Assembly: GCF_008831285.2 (NCBI RefSeq)
Contig: NC_045138.2
Location: 7,874,001-7,938,000 of the forward strand
Reading direction: 5' to 3'
DNA from: Nymphaea colorata
Lineage: Eukaryota
Length of the DNA stretch: 64,000 nucleotides
How positions within the stretch are numbered: the first letter of the stretch is position 1; every line of letters starts with the position of its first letter. The translations under genes were made by a program, and so were the position numbers. Positions 39,321 to 52,050 of the stretch are shown piece by piece. The notes under the pieces were generated by a model. That model worked only from the letters and a program-made list of their open reading frames with translations. It had not been told where the DNA came from and made no database searches.

Positions 39321-42300
39321 AGAATTAATTAACATGTCATGCTAAGCCTGGTATTGCCATGTACAGATCCACAGTCTGAAACCAGAGTTGGAGCGCTGCA
39401 GACCCCTTATGTACCAAGAGACGAGGCTTTCTCAGGGGTGAAGGGAGTGACCTTCTCAGCGAAGACGTTGAAGTCTGTCCTCCACACTCTGGTCCCAAAT
39501 TTGCTCTCTGTGTTGAAGGATGACACCGTAGGGTTCCCCTTCTTCACAGCCATTGATACGCTGTTCCAGGATGGCCTTCGAATGAAGAAGCCTGGAAGCA
39601 GCACAAGCCTCCTCAATGCAGTCGTGCCAAGATTAGTGAAGTTAATGGAAGGACAGGAGCTCCTGCTGTTTGAAATGCCAGAGATGATTGAGAGTACGTT
39701 TCCCATTTAATTTTGATTCCTTGGACAATCCATCTCCTTGCGACTTATATGGAGGAAGAGAATCATGTTCGTGTTTGTCTCAGGGGACAAGTTTTCTTGG
39801 TTTAGAGATGAAGAGTTTGCTCGCCAGACTTTGGCGGGACTTAACCCACTCAGCATACAGTTACTCACGGTAAAATATTTTCACCACATCGTGTACTGAT
39901 AATCTTTTAGATGCCCTCTTGAATTTGGACGTTGCTTTTGTTCAATTTTCTTACACGTTTTTTTTTCCCCCCTTTGATACGCCTGAGCGAGGATTGGGTT
40001 TCCTTCTGATCTGTTATTTGGCGCTGTTTGATATCAATTTGCAGGAGTTCCCTATTGTCAGTAAACTCGATCCAAAAGTGTATGGCCCTCCTGAATCGGC
40101 CATCACCAAGCAGCTCGTTGAACAACAAATAAGAGGAGTCATGACCGTTGAAGAGGTCCTCTCTCTCTCTCTCTCTCTTTTCCTTTGTACTGCTCTCAGC
40201 CTTGCTAAAAAGTAAGAATGCACAAAAAGTGAGCTGAGCAGTGAGCTTGGCTCTGGTCACAAATTGCTGGGCTCAAGGTTGACTCAAGCTCAAGCCGAGC
40301 TTTATGACTACACTTCATTTGATTCATATATATACAATTATACATATTCTTTAAATCAAAATGAATACCACAAAAAGCATGTGAAAATTTGTTAAGAATT
40401 ATTGACAAGCCCCAGAAAATTAATGAACAAGGAAGACACGAGTTAAGTTGAGTTTAAACAAGTCGAGCTCAAATAACACTCGAGTTTTAACTCAAGCTCT
40501 CGACTAGTTTATAACTCAAGTTCTAACTCAATCTCAAGCTCAACTCATTGAATAAATGAGTCGAGCTAGAGTCGATCTTGCATGAGTGAATTCGAGTCGT
40601 GCCCAACTCATTGTACATACATAGTTATGAGATAGTTTCTTCTTTCTTTCTCACTCTCTCTCCCCCCAATATTTAATTCGTACATCATTGAAGGGTATTT
40701 TTATTTCACTTACGCCTGTTTGAAAGGAAGAGAGGGAAAGGAAAGGGATGGGAAAAGAAATGAATGAAAAGGAAAGGAAAGAGATGATTTAAAAACTTGT
40801 TTGAATAGAAAGAAAAGGAAAGGAATGGGAGGAGTAGTGTGAGAATAAAAAGACTCTTCTTATTCCCTTCCTTTCCTTTCCTTCCCAATCCGTCCGATTT
40901 GAGAGGGATTGCATTTACACTACACAATCCCTCCATTTCCTTTCCCTCCCCTCGCAACCAAACACATTTTCTTCCATTCCATTATTTCTAATTAACCAAC
41001 CAAACAAAGGAGAGATTGCTCAATTCCTCCTTTTCCCTCCCTTTCTCTCCAACCAAACAAGCCGTTAAGGATATTTTCTTCTTTATTGAAAAGTAACTTG
41101 CTCTTCCACTTTTGTCCTTCTCGAGCAGTTCATTTATCTTCTAGTTCATGGGCATTTCATCTTTTGGCCCTAGTGTTTACCTGCAAAGCAGATTTAGTCT
41201 AGGGGGTCTTGAATTGAACTGAATATGATGAAAAAAAGCATTTATAGCGGTTGTTTTTTGATACAGTAAATGTGTTACTGTCTCATGCATCTACCTCAAA
41301 AAGTGGGATAGATTAATGAACCATTTTTTTAAAGTGTCTAATGAATCTAATCAGTTTTTGGGTCAGATGCATGGTAATGTAACATAATGCTACTGTTCTT
41401 AAACAGCCACATAAGGAATATGAAGTTAGCTTTTGGCAAAAAACAGAAATACCCCTTACCCAAAGGAAAAATACCCTAGAATGAAAAGGAAAAATCACCC
41501 CGGAGGATTGATTTTAGTATCTGATATAACACTAATTCACTTACATCTATTGCACCGGTGATTGAATATGTTTTGTTCACATATGGTCTGAATAGATTTT
41601 GATATCTTGCATGTACACGAATGGTGCTTGAGAGAAGGCCATAGAGCAAAAGAAGCTGTTCATAGTGGACTACCATGATATCTTGCTGCCCTATGTGAAC
41701 AAGGTGAGAGAGCTCTCTGGCACGACCTTGTATGGATCAAGGGCCCTCTTCTTCCACAACAAATTGGGCACATTAGAACCGGTTGCCATTGAGCTCACCC
41801 GCCCACCTTCTTCGACCAAGCCACAATGGAAGCAAGTGTTCTCACCAGGTGTCGACGCAACCAATGTATGGCTCTGGAGGCTTGCCAAGGCACATTTTCT
41901 AGCTCATGACTCAGGATATCACCAGCTCGTAAGCCATTGGTAAGTGACTTAATTCTGTGATAGTGTGATAGAGGGAGGTCTATGTGAAAACATGCTGTGG
42001 ATGAGGCATAAGTGAGCCTAGTCCAGTCAATACATGGATCAAACTCCTCTATGGTTCAGGCTCGCACCATTTCACTGCATATGAGTCTACTGTTTCTTTG
42101 TCTAAGTTAAACAGTGATTTAGTTAATGTGCCTGAAAGTGGGTCTGACCGATGTGGGCGTGCCAAGACAAGAACTCCACTTCAAACTCTCAACTCACAGC
42201 ACAAATTTTCTTACATGCTTCCAACTATATAAAAGAGAGTGAGTTGCATCCACCGGGGTGGTGTATGCAACAATACCCATGTACGGAAGAAAAAAATTTG

Positions 42301-44519
42301 GAGTTGGACTATCTTGGGAATTTTAAAAAAGAAATGACCCATTTTAGACTTTTAACTTTTTCAATACCCATGTTTATCCTTGTAGGAGACTTCCCTTTTT
42401 AGTGACCATTTTCTGGTCATTATATACACTAATAAGGTATATAATGAGCGTACGTTAAATGTGAACTCCACTATTGCACATTTACTTTCATGCTCAAACA
42501 CTGTATATGTATGCACGTGAGTTAATAAATAGGTATGCAATAACAAATAATTATGAGATAATGCTCATGAGATAACAAAAGATTTATAAGATAATAAGAT
42601 AACAGATGAATATATGCATGAGATAATGCTAAGTATAAGTATGAGATAATGTTTATGAGATAACAAAAGATTTATAAGATAAAAAGACAACGTCAGATGT
42701 ATGAGGTAATGTTTATTAGATTATATATATATATATATACAAATTGATAAATTTTATCTTTATTAAATCTCCAAATCTTTTTTTACGTGTTTTTTTTTAT
42801 CCTTACAAAAAATTTCTTTTTTGTATTAATCATGACATATTTTGTCATTATTAAAATGACACATGAAATTCCACACACAAGAACAGCATATATAATCAGC
42901 TTTGGCATAAAACCAGCCTGGAAAGTATACAAACAAAACAAACTAGCTAGTACTTAAGCTGTGGCTGTTTAGAACCCAAGCTAAGGCACATGATACCATA
43001 ATTATCAACGTAGTTCATATTTAAAGAAAGATCACATAGCAGTATTCAAATTATCACATTTCTACGACCAATTTTGACAGGATATGAGATCGAAATCTAT
43101 ATATTTATTGTGTATGAGCATACAAAATGCATGTTCTAAGACTTTTATATGAACTTTTGCAAAACCATGTAAAAGTTTTGATTGAATAACAAAAACACGT
43201 GTTTAAGTTTTGATTTCTTTTAGCTCATGGTTTCCATATGTTAAGCTGGCTGTATCTTTACATATATAGTTAGCCTGCTTGAAAGTTCTAGCGATTTCAT
43301 TTGATCCTGTGGCAGGCTGAGAACTCACTGCTGCACCGAGCCCTATATAATAGCAGCCAACAGGCAGTTGAGTGCCATGCACCCCATCTACAGGCTGCTG
43401 CACCCACACTTCCGGTACACTATGGAGATCAACGCGCTCGCCAGGCAGGACCTGATCAATGCCGACGGCATCATCGAGAAGTGCTTCTCTCCCTTGAAGT
43501 ATTCCATCGAAATCAGCTCTGCCGCGTATGACAAGCTTTGGCGATTCGACTACCAGGCGCTTCCTGCAGATCTCATTCAAAGGTCCGCCCTTAGCTTCAC
43601 CACTTTTAATTTGTTGATGAAAATCTTATTGCAGAACGAATCGAAAATCTTTGCTTCTTTAGATTTACATATATATCTAAAGACTAAAAAACTCACAGTT
43701 TCTGTACAAGAAACTTTGCCTGGACTTTCATGGAGATCACGCCATTAATCTTCTTCCAGGGGTATGGCTGTGGAGGACCCGACGGCCGAGCACGGCGTAA
43801 GGCTCGTGATAGACGACTACCCATTTGCCAACGACGGCCTCCTCATCTGGTCGGCGACCAAAGAGTGGGTCGCCGACTATGTCAACCACTTTTATGAAGA
43901 TTCTCAAAAAGTAGTTTCAGACGCCGAGCTCCAGGCATGGTGGTCGGAGGTCCGGAACAAGGGCCACGCAGACAAGAAGGACGAACCATGGTGGCCGGCT
44001 TTGGACTCGAGGGAGAGCCTGGTGCAGGTGCTGACCACCATCATCTGGGTCGTATCCGGCCACCATGCGGCCGTCAACTTCGGCCAGTACCCGTACGGCG
44101 GATACTTCCCCAACCGGCCGACGATCGCCCGGACGAACATCCCAACGGAGGACGACTCGGCCATGCACTTCGACCTGTTCCTCAAGAAACCGGAGTCCGC
44201 GCTCCTCGGCTGCTTCCCGTCGCAAACTCAGGCGACATTGGTGATGGCGATACTCGACGTGCTGTCCACGCACTCGATCGATGAGGAGTACCTGGGGCAG
44301 CAGGCCGAGCCGGTGTGGCAGTCTGATCCGGCGATCATGGCGGTGTTTGAGAAGTTCAACGGGAAGCTGAAGCAGATCGAGCGCATCATAGATGAGAGGA
44401 ACACGAACAGGGAGCTGAGGAATAGATCGGGGGCAGGGATCCTCCCGTATGAGCTCCTTAAGCCCTTCTCTCAACCGGGTGTTACAGGGAAGGGAATCCC
44501 AACTAGCATTTCCATTTGA
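36068..44519 (+). CDS. LOX2: Linoleate 13S-lipoxygenase, plastid-targeted (LOX2-like); 9 exons: 36068-36476, 37056-37324, 39023-39260, 39367-39693, 39784-39869, 40045-40155, 41638-41939, 43316-43582, 43760-44519 (2769 nt, 922 aa)
   Basis: All introns are GT-AG and the phases join into one open frame. Ser/Arg/Ala-rich N-terminal transit-like peptide, PLAT domain (exons 1-2), [33 protein letters not shown], iron-ligand motif [26 protein letters not shown]-terminal ...TSISI. GIIEKCF has Phe at the positional-specificity site (13-LOX) and INALAR has Ala at the stereo site (S). Confidence 0.95.
37056..37324 (+). CDS. LOX2: LOX2-like exon 2
   Basis: TTTCAG acceptor; [19 protein letters not shown]...CNSWVH...RVFFTDK; donor AAG|GTAATT. 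Confidence 0.92.
39023..39260 (+). CDS. LOX2: LOX2-like exon 3
   Basis: [15 protein letters not shown]...[16 protein letters not shown]...[10 protein letters not shown]; donor AAG|GTGATC. Confidence 0.92.
39367..39693 (+). CDS. LOX2: LOX2-like exon 4
   Basis: [12 protein letters not shown]...[12 protein letters not shown]...[12 protein letters not shown] boundaries. Confidence 0.92.
39784..39869 (+). CDS. LOX2: LOX2-like exon 5
   Basis: [28 protein letters not shown]. Confidence 0.92.
40045..40155 (+). CDS. LOX2: LOX2-like exon 6
   Basis: [22 protein letters not shown]...MTVEE. Confidence 0.92.
40230..40620. mobile_element. MITE-like remnant rich in GAGCTC/CTCGAG/CTCAAG motifs in LOX intron 6
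   Basis: Dense RAGYTCRA-type subrepeats; termini not resolved. Confidence 0.45.
40713..41064. mobile_element. Tourist-like MITE in LOX intron 6
   Basis: TTA TSD; TIR CGCCTGTTTG / CCAAACAAGCCG; purine-rich left half and pyrimidine-rich right half. Confidence 0.7.
41638..41939 (+). CDS. LOX2: LOX2-like exon 7
   Basis: [20 protein letters not shown]...[11 protein letters not shown]; donor TG|GTAAGT. Confidence 0.9.
43316..43582 (+). CDS. LOX2: LOX2-like exon 8
   Basis: [43 protein letters not shown]...ALPADLIQ. Confidence 0.92.
43760..44519 (+). CDS. LOX2: LOX2-like exon 9 (terminal)
   Basis: [12 protein letters not shown]...[12 protein letters not shown]...[10 protein letters not shown]...GIPTSISI* (TGA 44517-44519). 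Confidence 0.94.
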
Positions 44520-45559
44520 AGTGGAGGGAAAGAACAGGATCGATGTGGAAGTAAAGATTTTATCAAGTTGTTCGATCATGGCACTTTAGAGTTTAGATGA
44601 GCTTAGGGGATAGAACTTTGAAACTTAGCTGTTAATCTTTCTCATAAATAAGAAATGAACTAGAATGTGAATGAGAACAATATCGATCCCTTGTTGTATT
44701 GGTTCATGTTTTTTGTGGTCATAGCTTTCTTTGTTTAGCAATTCCAGTCGATATTGGAAAGCTATTTGCACAATTTTGGATCATATGAATCGAGAACTAC
44801 CGGCCAAACATTAAACCTTAATGCCAAGGACATATTGGTCGATAACATTGTCAACTACCCATTATTTTAAAACATGTTAAAAATTGATATCCATAAAAAT
44901 GCTATCAAAACCAACAATTGATGAGTTTGCTCGAACTCTTGTAAGATGCATTTGATGGTATAAACTGGATCGTGATTCACTTTTACTAATTAATTAACAA
45001 GATTCACGTCAACCGTGTAAAAAAAGGTCCGCAGGTAGAACACTAGTCCCAGCGAATCTGGGTAAAGTGATTCTTCTAGCTTACCTTTCCCATCTCAGGT
45101 GCGTAGAGTGCGTTTCAATTATGAAAGTATACATTAGGAGATATCCAGTTAAAAGCAAGGACTAGTCACTATGATTCTCCAATCTATTAACTAGTTCATG
45201 AAGAAGAAGGATTTGGTCTTGGATGATCAGACCTGGGACAAAAGCATCCTACTCCATGCCTACAAGTTTTGTGGATAATTAAGCATCTAATCTGTCTAAC
45301 CATTAATTTGTAAATGCAATTGCACAAGCGATGGCCAGAACTCCCTGCGGTTGAAGTTGTTACCACCTCACAATTCTTCTAATTTCTACTTGTTGACTGG
45401 ATTCTACTTTCTATTGGCCCCACATGGTTCTTGTTCCACCATGTTATATTTTACTTCGTGCACTGTAGCTTTTGAAGTAAAGCGCATCATAGCACAATCC
45501 TCCTTTCTTATATTCAATCACGTTTTGACAATCTCGGCTCATTGACAATGTTGAGTCCT

Positions 45560-46935
45560 GTGAGCTATTTTGGTGGCTCCATTCTTCTTATGAATAAGCT
45601 TTAGGTCTGTTTTGTTCACGCTCTTGATGAGTCTTCCTTTCTTAAAGAAGATATCTTTAGGTCTGTTTTGTTCACGCTCTTGACGAGTCTTCCTTTCTTA
45701 AAGAAGATATCCCCTACTTCCCACGCCTCTCTTGCAATCTATCTGGTAAAAAGAATTCGGAAAGCCATCAATGCCTGACACACTGTCGCTTTCTAAACTA
45801 AAAACTACCTCCTTTACCTCCTCGATAGTCTAAGGTCTCACTGCTCACCTTGTCATCTCCCATGAAGTCCTCAAAATATCCACTAGCTGCCTTCATAATC
45901 ATCTCATCTGCTTCATAAATAAGTCCACCCACTTCCAGCTGAACAATGCTATTTCTGAGCATTTTCGCCTTAGCCACTGTTTGAAAAAACCCAGTGTCCT
46001 TGTCACCGTCCTAGGATCACTTTACTCTAGATCTCTATCTCCACATGATCTGTTCAAAATGCAACACTATTTCCAGCTGTTCCCTTACAACCTCTTCCTC
46101 CTCCAACGCCTGCCAATCACCTTGTTCACTCAACAACTGTTTTTGCACAAGCTGGTCCATCAGTTCCTTGACCTCGTCTTCAAATCTCTCAAAGTTGTTT
46201 CTATTCCAGTCTCACAGTTGTTTACTGATACTTTATAACTTTAAAACCATGGCCACCATCAGACAGCTCCTGTGTGCTTTGCTCCATTCAGTAACCACAA
46301 TACTCCTCCTTTCCAAGGTAACTAGCCCTGGCTTGAAGACTCAAAAGGTTTTCCCCGTTCTCTTTGGATTCATTGAACTGGTCAGCTTTATTAGGAGGAC
46401 TTTGTGGTCAAAGGTTGGGTGGGGAATAGTGGATGTATGGTCTTGACCCATCCCAAGCAGCGTTTACAAACCCCCAGTAAAAGGTTTCATTGGATATTGG
46501 CACTTTCTGCCTGCAGTTAGACCAAGTATAGCTTCTAGAATTATCATGAATCTCCTTTAAACTTGCCACATTGGTAAATCTGTTAAAATCGCTACAATGG
46601 TTGAGACAAGGAGCCCTGCCGGTCTTGTTCTGTCCGCTGCACATGAAGTCACCGCACAATAGTGGGGATCTTGCGAATTAAGGACAAACTCTAGCTCCTC
46701 AAAATTGTTTTTCCTGGTGAGGGCGTTGCTGGGCATGTACACTGCACCAATCATCACCCAAAAGGTAGAAACAGGAAGCTTGAGCATGCCGGCTAACCAC
46801 CAACGATTGTGCAACCATCTTGAGGCTTGAACACAGTTAGAGTTCCATAGACAGATTATATGAGCTTTCCCATCAATGGAATCCTCATTCTCAGCAATCC
46901 AGTCACACTTCACGCTCCATGCAAGGCTCTTCATT
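45560..46935 (-). mobile_element. Degenerate LINE (L1-like) ORF2 fragment, endonuclease to RT start
   Basis: Minus strand: IICLWN, IGAVYMP, CGDF, GDKDTGFFQ (cf. GDRNTKFFH), SGIDGFPNSFYQ (cf. PGPDGF..EF.Q); many stops. Confidence 0.7.
45599..45710. repeat. 56-bp direct tandem duplication
   Basis: CTTTAGGTCTGTTTTG...AAAGAAGATAT twice, one mismatch. Confidence 0.9.
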
Positions 46936-46939
46936 GTAG

Positions 46940-49807
46940 GTGGAATTGTGGGCCCTAGATATAACATAGATACAAACTCGAATAATTTAGGCAGAGAAAA
47001 ATTGGCAGAGTCTCGACGTCTAAAATAATTCTCAATAATAAACTTGACAAAGTACACATAATAAGAACTAAATAACCAAACGAAAATAACTCACAAAATG
47101 AACTAAAGCCAAACAGTTGATAATCTCAAAATGTAAACTACTTTATTCATCAAAATGAACATAACAAAAAAAAACTCAAGGAAACTCACCAAAGCTCACG
47201 TAGTGAACTTTCACACACAAGCACTTAACGCCCTTGCACTTGAGCATTCACTTGAAAACTGCTCACGAAGTGAACACACAAGAACACAAGATCACTCAAC
47301 TTCATTTTTTTCTTTTTGATACTTAACAAAAAGGCCAATCACTTCTATTTATAGGAAGGACAAGTAGGTGGTGAAGGTTCCATCATTTTCTAATTTCTTT
47401 TAATTATTTTTATGTTTTTATCACTAGTCACTGACTTAAAAGGAGGTTCACGACTTTTCGAGAGAGTTGATGATGACTCATTACAGTCTCTCTCATTACT
47501 AACTCTTAACTCATGACTCCTAACATTCTTCTAAGCTTGGTGAATGTTTTCACTGGAAAGCATTTGGTAAAGATGTCAGCGACTTGATCTTCTGAAGCGC
47601 TTGGCTACAACTGAATCTTTCCTTTGAGTACATTCTCTCTGATAAAATGATGTTCCACCTCTATATGTTTTGTTCGAGCATGAAAGACAATGCATTATGC
47701 AAATATAACTGCACTTTATTATCACAGTAGAGTCTCACTGCATAATCTACATCTTGTTTAATGTCTTTCAGTAGTCGCATCAACCACACTCATTCTTGTG
47801 CTGCTTGATATGCTGCTCTATACTCTGCTTCTATTGTAGATAGTAAAACTGTTGACTGTGTCTTACTGCACCATGAAATTGCACCACTTGCAAGATTGAA
47901 TGTATATCCTGTGGTTGATCTTCGAGTTGATAAGTCTCCAGCATAATCCGCATCACAATGACCAACAACTTGATAGTTTGGTTTTTTTCATAAAATATAC
48001 TAAAGTCACGACTTCTTTTGACATACCTTAACATTTTTTTTACCACATCTAAATGTGGTTTTCTTGGAGTTTGCATGAATCAACTCACAACACTAACTGC
48101 ATAGGCAATATTTGATCTTGACAATGCTAAGTAGATTAAGCTTTCAATCAGTTGGTGGTACATAATGACATCTTTTAGTTTGTCACTTCATCAATTCTAA
48201 GTTTCACATTTATCTCAATTGATGGTGAGATAAGTTTGCAACCGAGCATACCATACTTATGTAGTAAGTCCCGAACATACTTCTTTTGACTTAAAAATAA
48301 TCCATTAGATTCATAATCAATTTCCAATCCAAGGAAGTGTCGCAACTCCTCCAGCTCTTTCATTTCGAATCTCACCGTGAGATGTTCATGAATGAGATTA
48401 ATTTCTTCCTTGTTATCTCCAGTAATAATTAAATCATCAATATAAATTAAGAAAACAGTAATCTTCATACCTCTTTTCTTGATGGAGCTACTTGAATATG
48501 CCGAGGTGACTTAAAATTCATTAAACACCATAAATTCAGCTATTTTTCTGTATCATGCTCTGTGTACTTGCTTCAATCCATAGAGTATTTTTCTTAGGTT
48601 GCAGATGTAGTATGACTTGTTTGGATATTTGAATTCTTCAGACTATCCCATATATATTTCATGATCGAGATATCCATATAAGAAAACATTTTTCACATTT
48701 GACATAGCTTTCAAGATTTGCTTGCAGCAATGGTTATCAGAATACCTACAAATGTGATCTTCACAATAGGGCTAAAAGTTCATTCAAAGTCAATGTTATA
48801 CTACTGTGAAAATCCTCTCGTGACTAGTCAAGCCTTATATCTATCGACTATATTAACTGTCATTCTTTTTATTTTCTAAACTCACTTACAAGTAATGAGT
48901 TTTACTCCTGCCGGCTTTGGTATGAGCTCGTAGTTCTCGTTATGCTCTAATGCATTCATTTAATCTTTCATTGGAGCTTGTCATTTTTCAACATATTTTG
49001 TTTCTTCAAAAGAAGTTGGTTCAATCTCCTCCAGGATGGCACAATGTTCATTTGCATACTTGGGATTTGGTTTCGATACTCTTGTTAATCTTCTTAGTGT
49101 TATAGGTGCTCCTTCTGGTTCTTGAAGTTATGATGGTCTTTCTTCTTTTATACTTCATTGTTGAACAGGACTGACCCATGTTCCCCATGGATCTACTTGT
49201 TCTTCTCGTCTTGGGCTATGTTTAGGCATTTGGACTTATTTATCTGATCGTATTGCTTCTGTATCTTCCGGCAAAAGCTCTCCTTGATTCATCTTAAATT
49301 GTATTTTGTTTCAAATATTTCTCTAAAAAACTAGAGAGTCTGGAAGCGCCTTCTTTTCTTCTGACCACACGATAATGTTTCATCGAAGACAACATTGCGA
49401 GAAATATGAACTTGTACTGTGCTAGGATTAGTGCATCTTCATCCATTCTAATATGGATTATGCCCAACAAAGACACACCTTTGTGTCTTCTTGTTGAACT
49501 TATTCATGTATTGCTCAGATAAAAAAAACATAGCATACACAACCAAATACTCTAAAATAACTTACAAATGACTTCTTTTTATGGAACATTTTATATGGAG
49601 ACTTAAAATTAAATCTCGGTAATGGTAGTTGATTAATTACGTGTACAGTGGTGTGGACTCACTCGGCTCAAAATCTTGGTGGCATGCTTTTTGCAAGCAC
49701 ATGCATGTTTTTGTTATATGATGATTCTTTCGTTCTTCCATTCCATTTTGCTAAGGCATATAGGCACATGTAAATTGTCTTCGAATAATATGTTGCCTCA
49801 TGTATAC
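46940..49807 (-). mobile_element. 5'-truncated degenerate Ty1/Copia element (INT-RT-RH plus 3' LTR at about 46940-47485)
   Basis: NGRTK-like integrase, LIYIDDLIITG, LRHFLGLEI, MQTPRKPHLDVVKKMLRY, ARTKHIEVEHHFIRE, ADIFTK; PPT-like TGAGAGAGAC before TGTAAT at 47485. The left LTR boundary is approximate. Confidence 0.85.
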
Positions 49808-50654
49808 CAAAACAGAGAGAGAGTAGAAAACAGGGAAGACCGCAACCACTGGCTAAGGCAAACCACAAAAGTATTAGGAAGTCTGCTGATACGACTGTCT
49901 CTGAATACCTTGCTATGGTGTTCTTCCTAGATTCACCACTAGCAACTGATAAGCCATGGCCTCGCTTGGTGTTACACCAAAGCTGAATAGGGTGAAGGGG
50001 TAAAAAGAAGGAGAAGGCAAACGGTGGATGGAGTAAGCATGAACTGTTAAGCTAAGCAAAGGAGAGAATGTGGCAAAAGAAAGGATAAAAGCCTTTTATC
50101 GATAGAATGGAATAAACACTCAGGAGACAGTGACAGCGGTTTTGGCTTAACTCAAAAAGAAAGCATTAAGAGAAACATCGATAATACGTTAAGAGTTTTT
50201 GAGAGACAGCTCTCGGCAGCAGCTGGACAGTGGGTACGATTCCGATCGGATATGACTATATTAGATAACGCTGCTCTCCCTAATTTTGTCTCGCAAGTGC
50301 TTGGCGATGCCGGTCATGAAATGAACCTTTCCCCAGTTTCATTCTGTGGTCAGACTTTGAACACGATAAGTGCAAACATTTCAAGTTTTTCTAAAGAATC
50401 ACCAACCAAAGGAAGAAAAATCAGAATGCGGAACTCATTCATACAATTAGAGTTGCTAATAGCAGTACAAACACCATGCTTCTGAAGAGACTGCGGGGTT
50501 GCTCACTGAAATGATCTCCCTCTATTGCCGTTACCACCTTGCTCCTCCTAGGTGTGCGTGTCGATTTGGTGAAACACGTTGTTCCTTTTTCTTGAATAAT
50601 CTTCTTAAATTGTGCTCTGAGGCACTGGCAGAGTTATAAACCCTAAACCATTGG

Positions 50655-50966
50655 TTAGCTCAACAACTTCGTGCAATCAGTGTCTTTGATTACAAGTATA
50701 GATTTGTTCGACGTAGACCTGAGCAGGTTTCTAAGGGCAGAGTTGCAACAGAGATCGGTGAATTCAAGGTCATAGATATCGAACTTGAGGAAGTTGGCCA
50801 TGGTGGCGAACAAGCTCGATTTGCGGGTGCCTGGAGGCCCGTAGTATAGGTACCCCCGCTTTTGGGCCTTGCCGGCCGCTCTATAGAACTGCATTCTCTC
50901 CACAAACTTCTTGAGATCGTTCCTTAGAGCTGCCTTTTGGGATTCCTTCATTGGCAACGTCCAAGT
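50655..50966 (-). pseudogene. BCS1-like AAA-ATPase gene fragment, copy 1
   Basis: FYRAAGKAQKRGYLYYGPPGTRKSSL..MANFLKFDIYDLE...SNKSILVIKDTDC (Walker A and B degenerate). Confidence 0.88.
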
Positions 50967-51096
50967 CTACATGAAATAAGTTGAATGATGCCAATGGAGG
51001 GATCCCAAAAGACAGCTCTGATGAATAGTCCGAATGAGGGAAAGCAGTTCTATAGAGCCGTCAGTAGGGCCTGGAAGTGGGGATACCAGCTCTACG
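50840..51096 (+). ncRNA. Candidate hairpin RNA, copy 1
   Basis: Arms 50840-50966 and 50979-51096; right arm 9 nt shorter. Confidence 0.45.
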
Positions 51097-51194
51097 GAAG
51101 AGAAAGTAAAAAGTTATATCAAAGGTGACATAAAAAGTGAGATTCATGCATGAAACCTGGAAGGAAATGAAAGTGGTACGACACATGGAGGGTG

Positions 51195-52050
51195 GAGTGT
51201 GGGAGGGGATCTGTGGATGAATGCCCGCAAGAGCTAGGGGTTCTTTATCATCCCTAGGAGTAGTGGTGGTGCCTCGGGTAGATTTTGCACTTTATATAGG
51301 TATCACCAGATTATTGAATTTCAATTGTTGATGTGATTTCTTTCCTAAAAGAAAAGATTGATAAATTATTTTTTAATCTTACATTTTCCAATTTCTAAAA
51401 AGATTTTTTCCCAATTCATAAATTATGTTTTAATTTTAGCTTTTCATTTCCAATTTTTGATAAGATTTTTTTCCTAAATGAAAAGCTTCATAAATTATGT
51501 TTTAATCTTAGCTTTTGAATTCCAATTTCTAATAAGATTTCACTCCTAAAAGAAAAGGTTCATAATTTATGTTTTAGTTTTGCCTTTTTTAACTCTCCTA
51601 TGGAGTATACCGTAGTTGTTCAACCTATTTGTAGATGTGGTCCTCCATTGTCACATGTGAGGTGAACGGAGAGTTAAAAGCTTAAACAACTAAGTTAAGC
51701 CCTTTAGGACAGTAAATAAAGGTAAAACTACACGATAATTTAGGAATATTTTGATTTAGGAATGAAATCATATTAAAATTAAAAATTAAAATGTCAGAAT
51801 AGAACTTAATTTATGAATCTTTTTATTTTGAAAAGAAATCTTATTATAACATGGAAATAAAAAATATAGGATTAAAACTAACTTTTTAATCTTTCATTTA
51901 GAAAGGAAATCTTATTGACAATTGGAATTCAACAAGCTAGTGGTACATATATAAAATGGAAAATCCACCTCAGGCACTGCCACTATTAACAACGATGATA
52001 GAGAATCCCAAGTTTCTTTTGGCATTCATTCATAGATCTACTCCATTCTC
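51195..52050. mobile_element. Long-TIR foldback element (MULE-like MITE); second copy at about 57090-57946
   Basis: Left GGAGGGGATCTGTGGATGAATGCC...GGTAGATTTTGCACTTTATATAGGTATCACC... is the imperfect reverse complement of right ...GGTACATATATAAAATGGAAAATCCACC...GGCATTCATTCATAGATCTACTCC. Confidence 0.65.

Noticed and set aside
43917..44579. 220-aa antisense ORF over LOX exon 9, and similar ones over exons 1 and 8
   Set aside because: Shadow ORFs expected from GC3-rich codon usage on the sense strand; no recognisable motifs.
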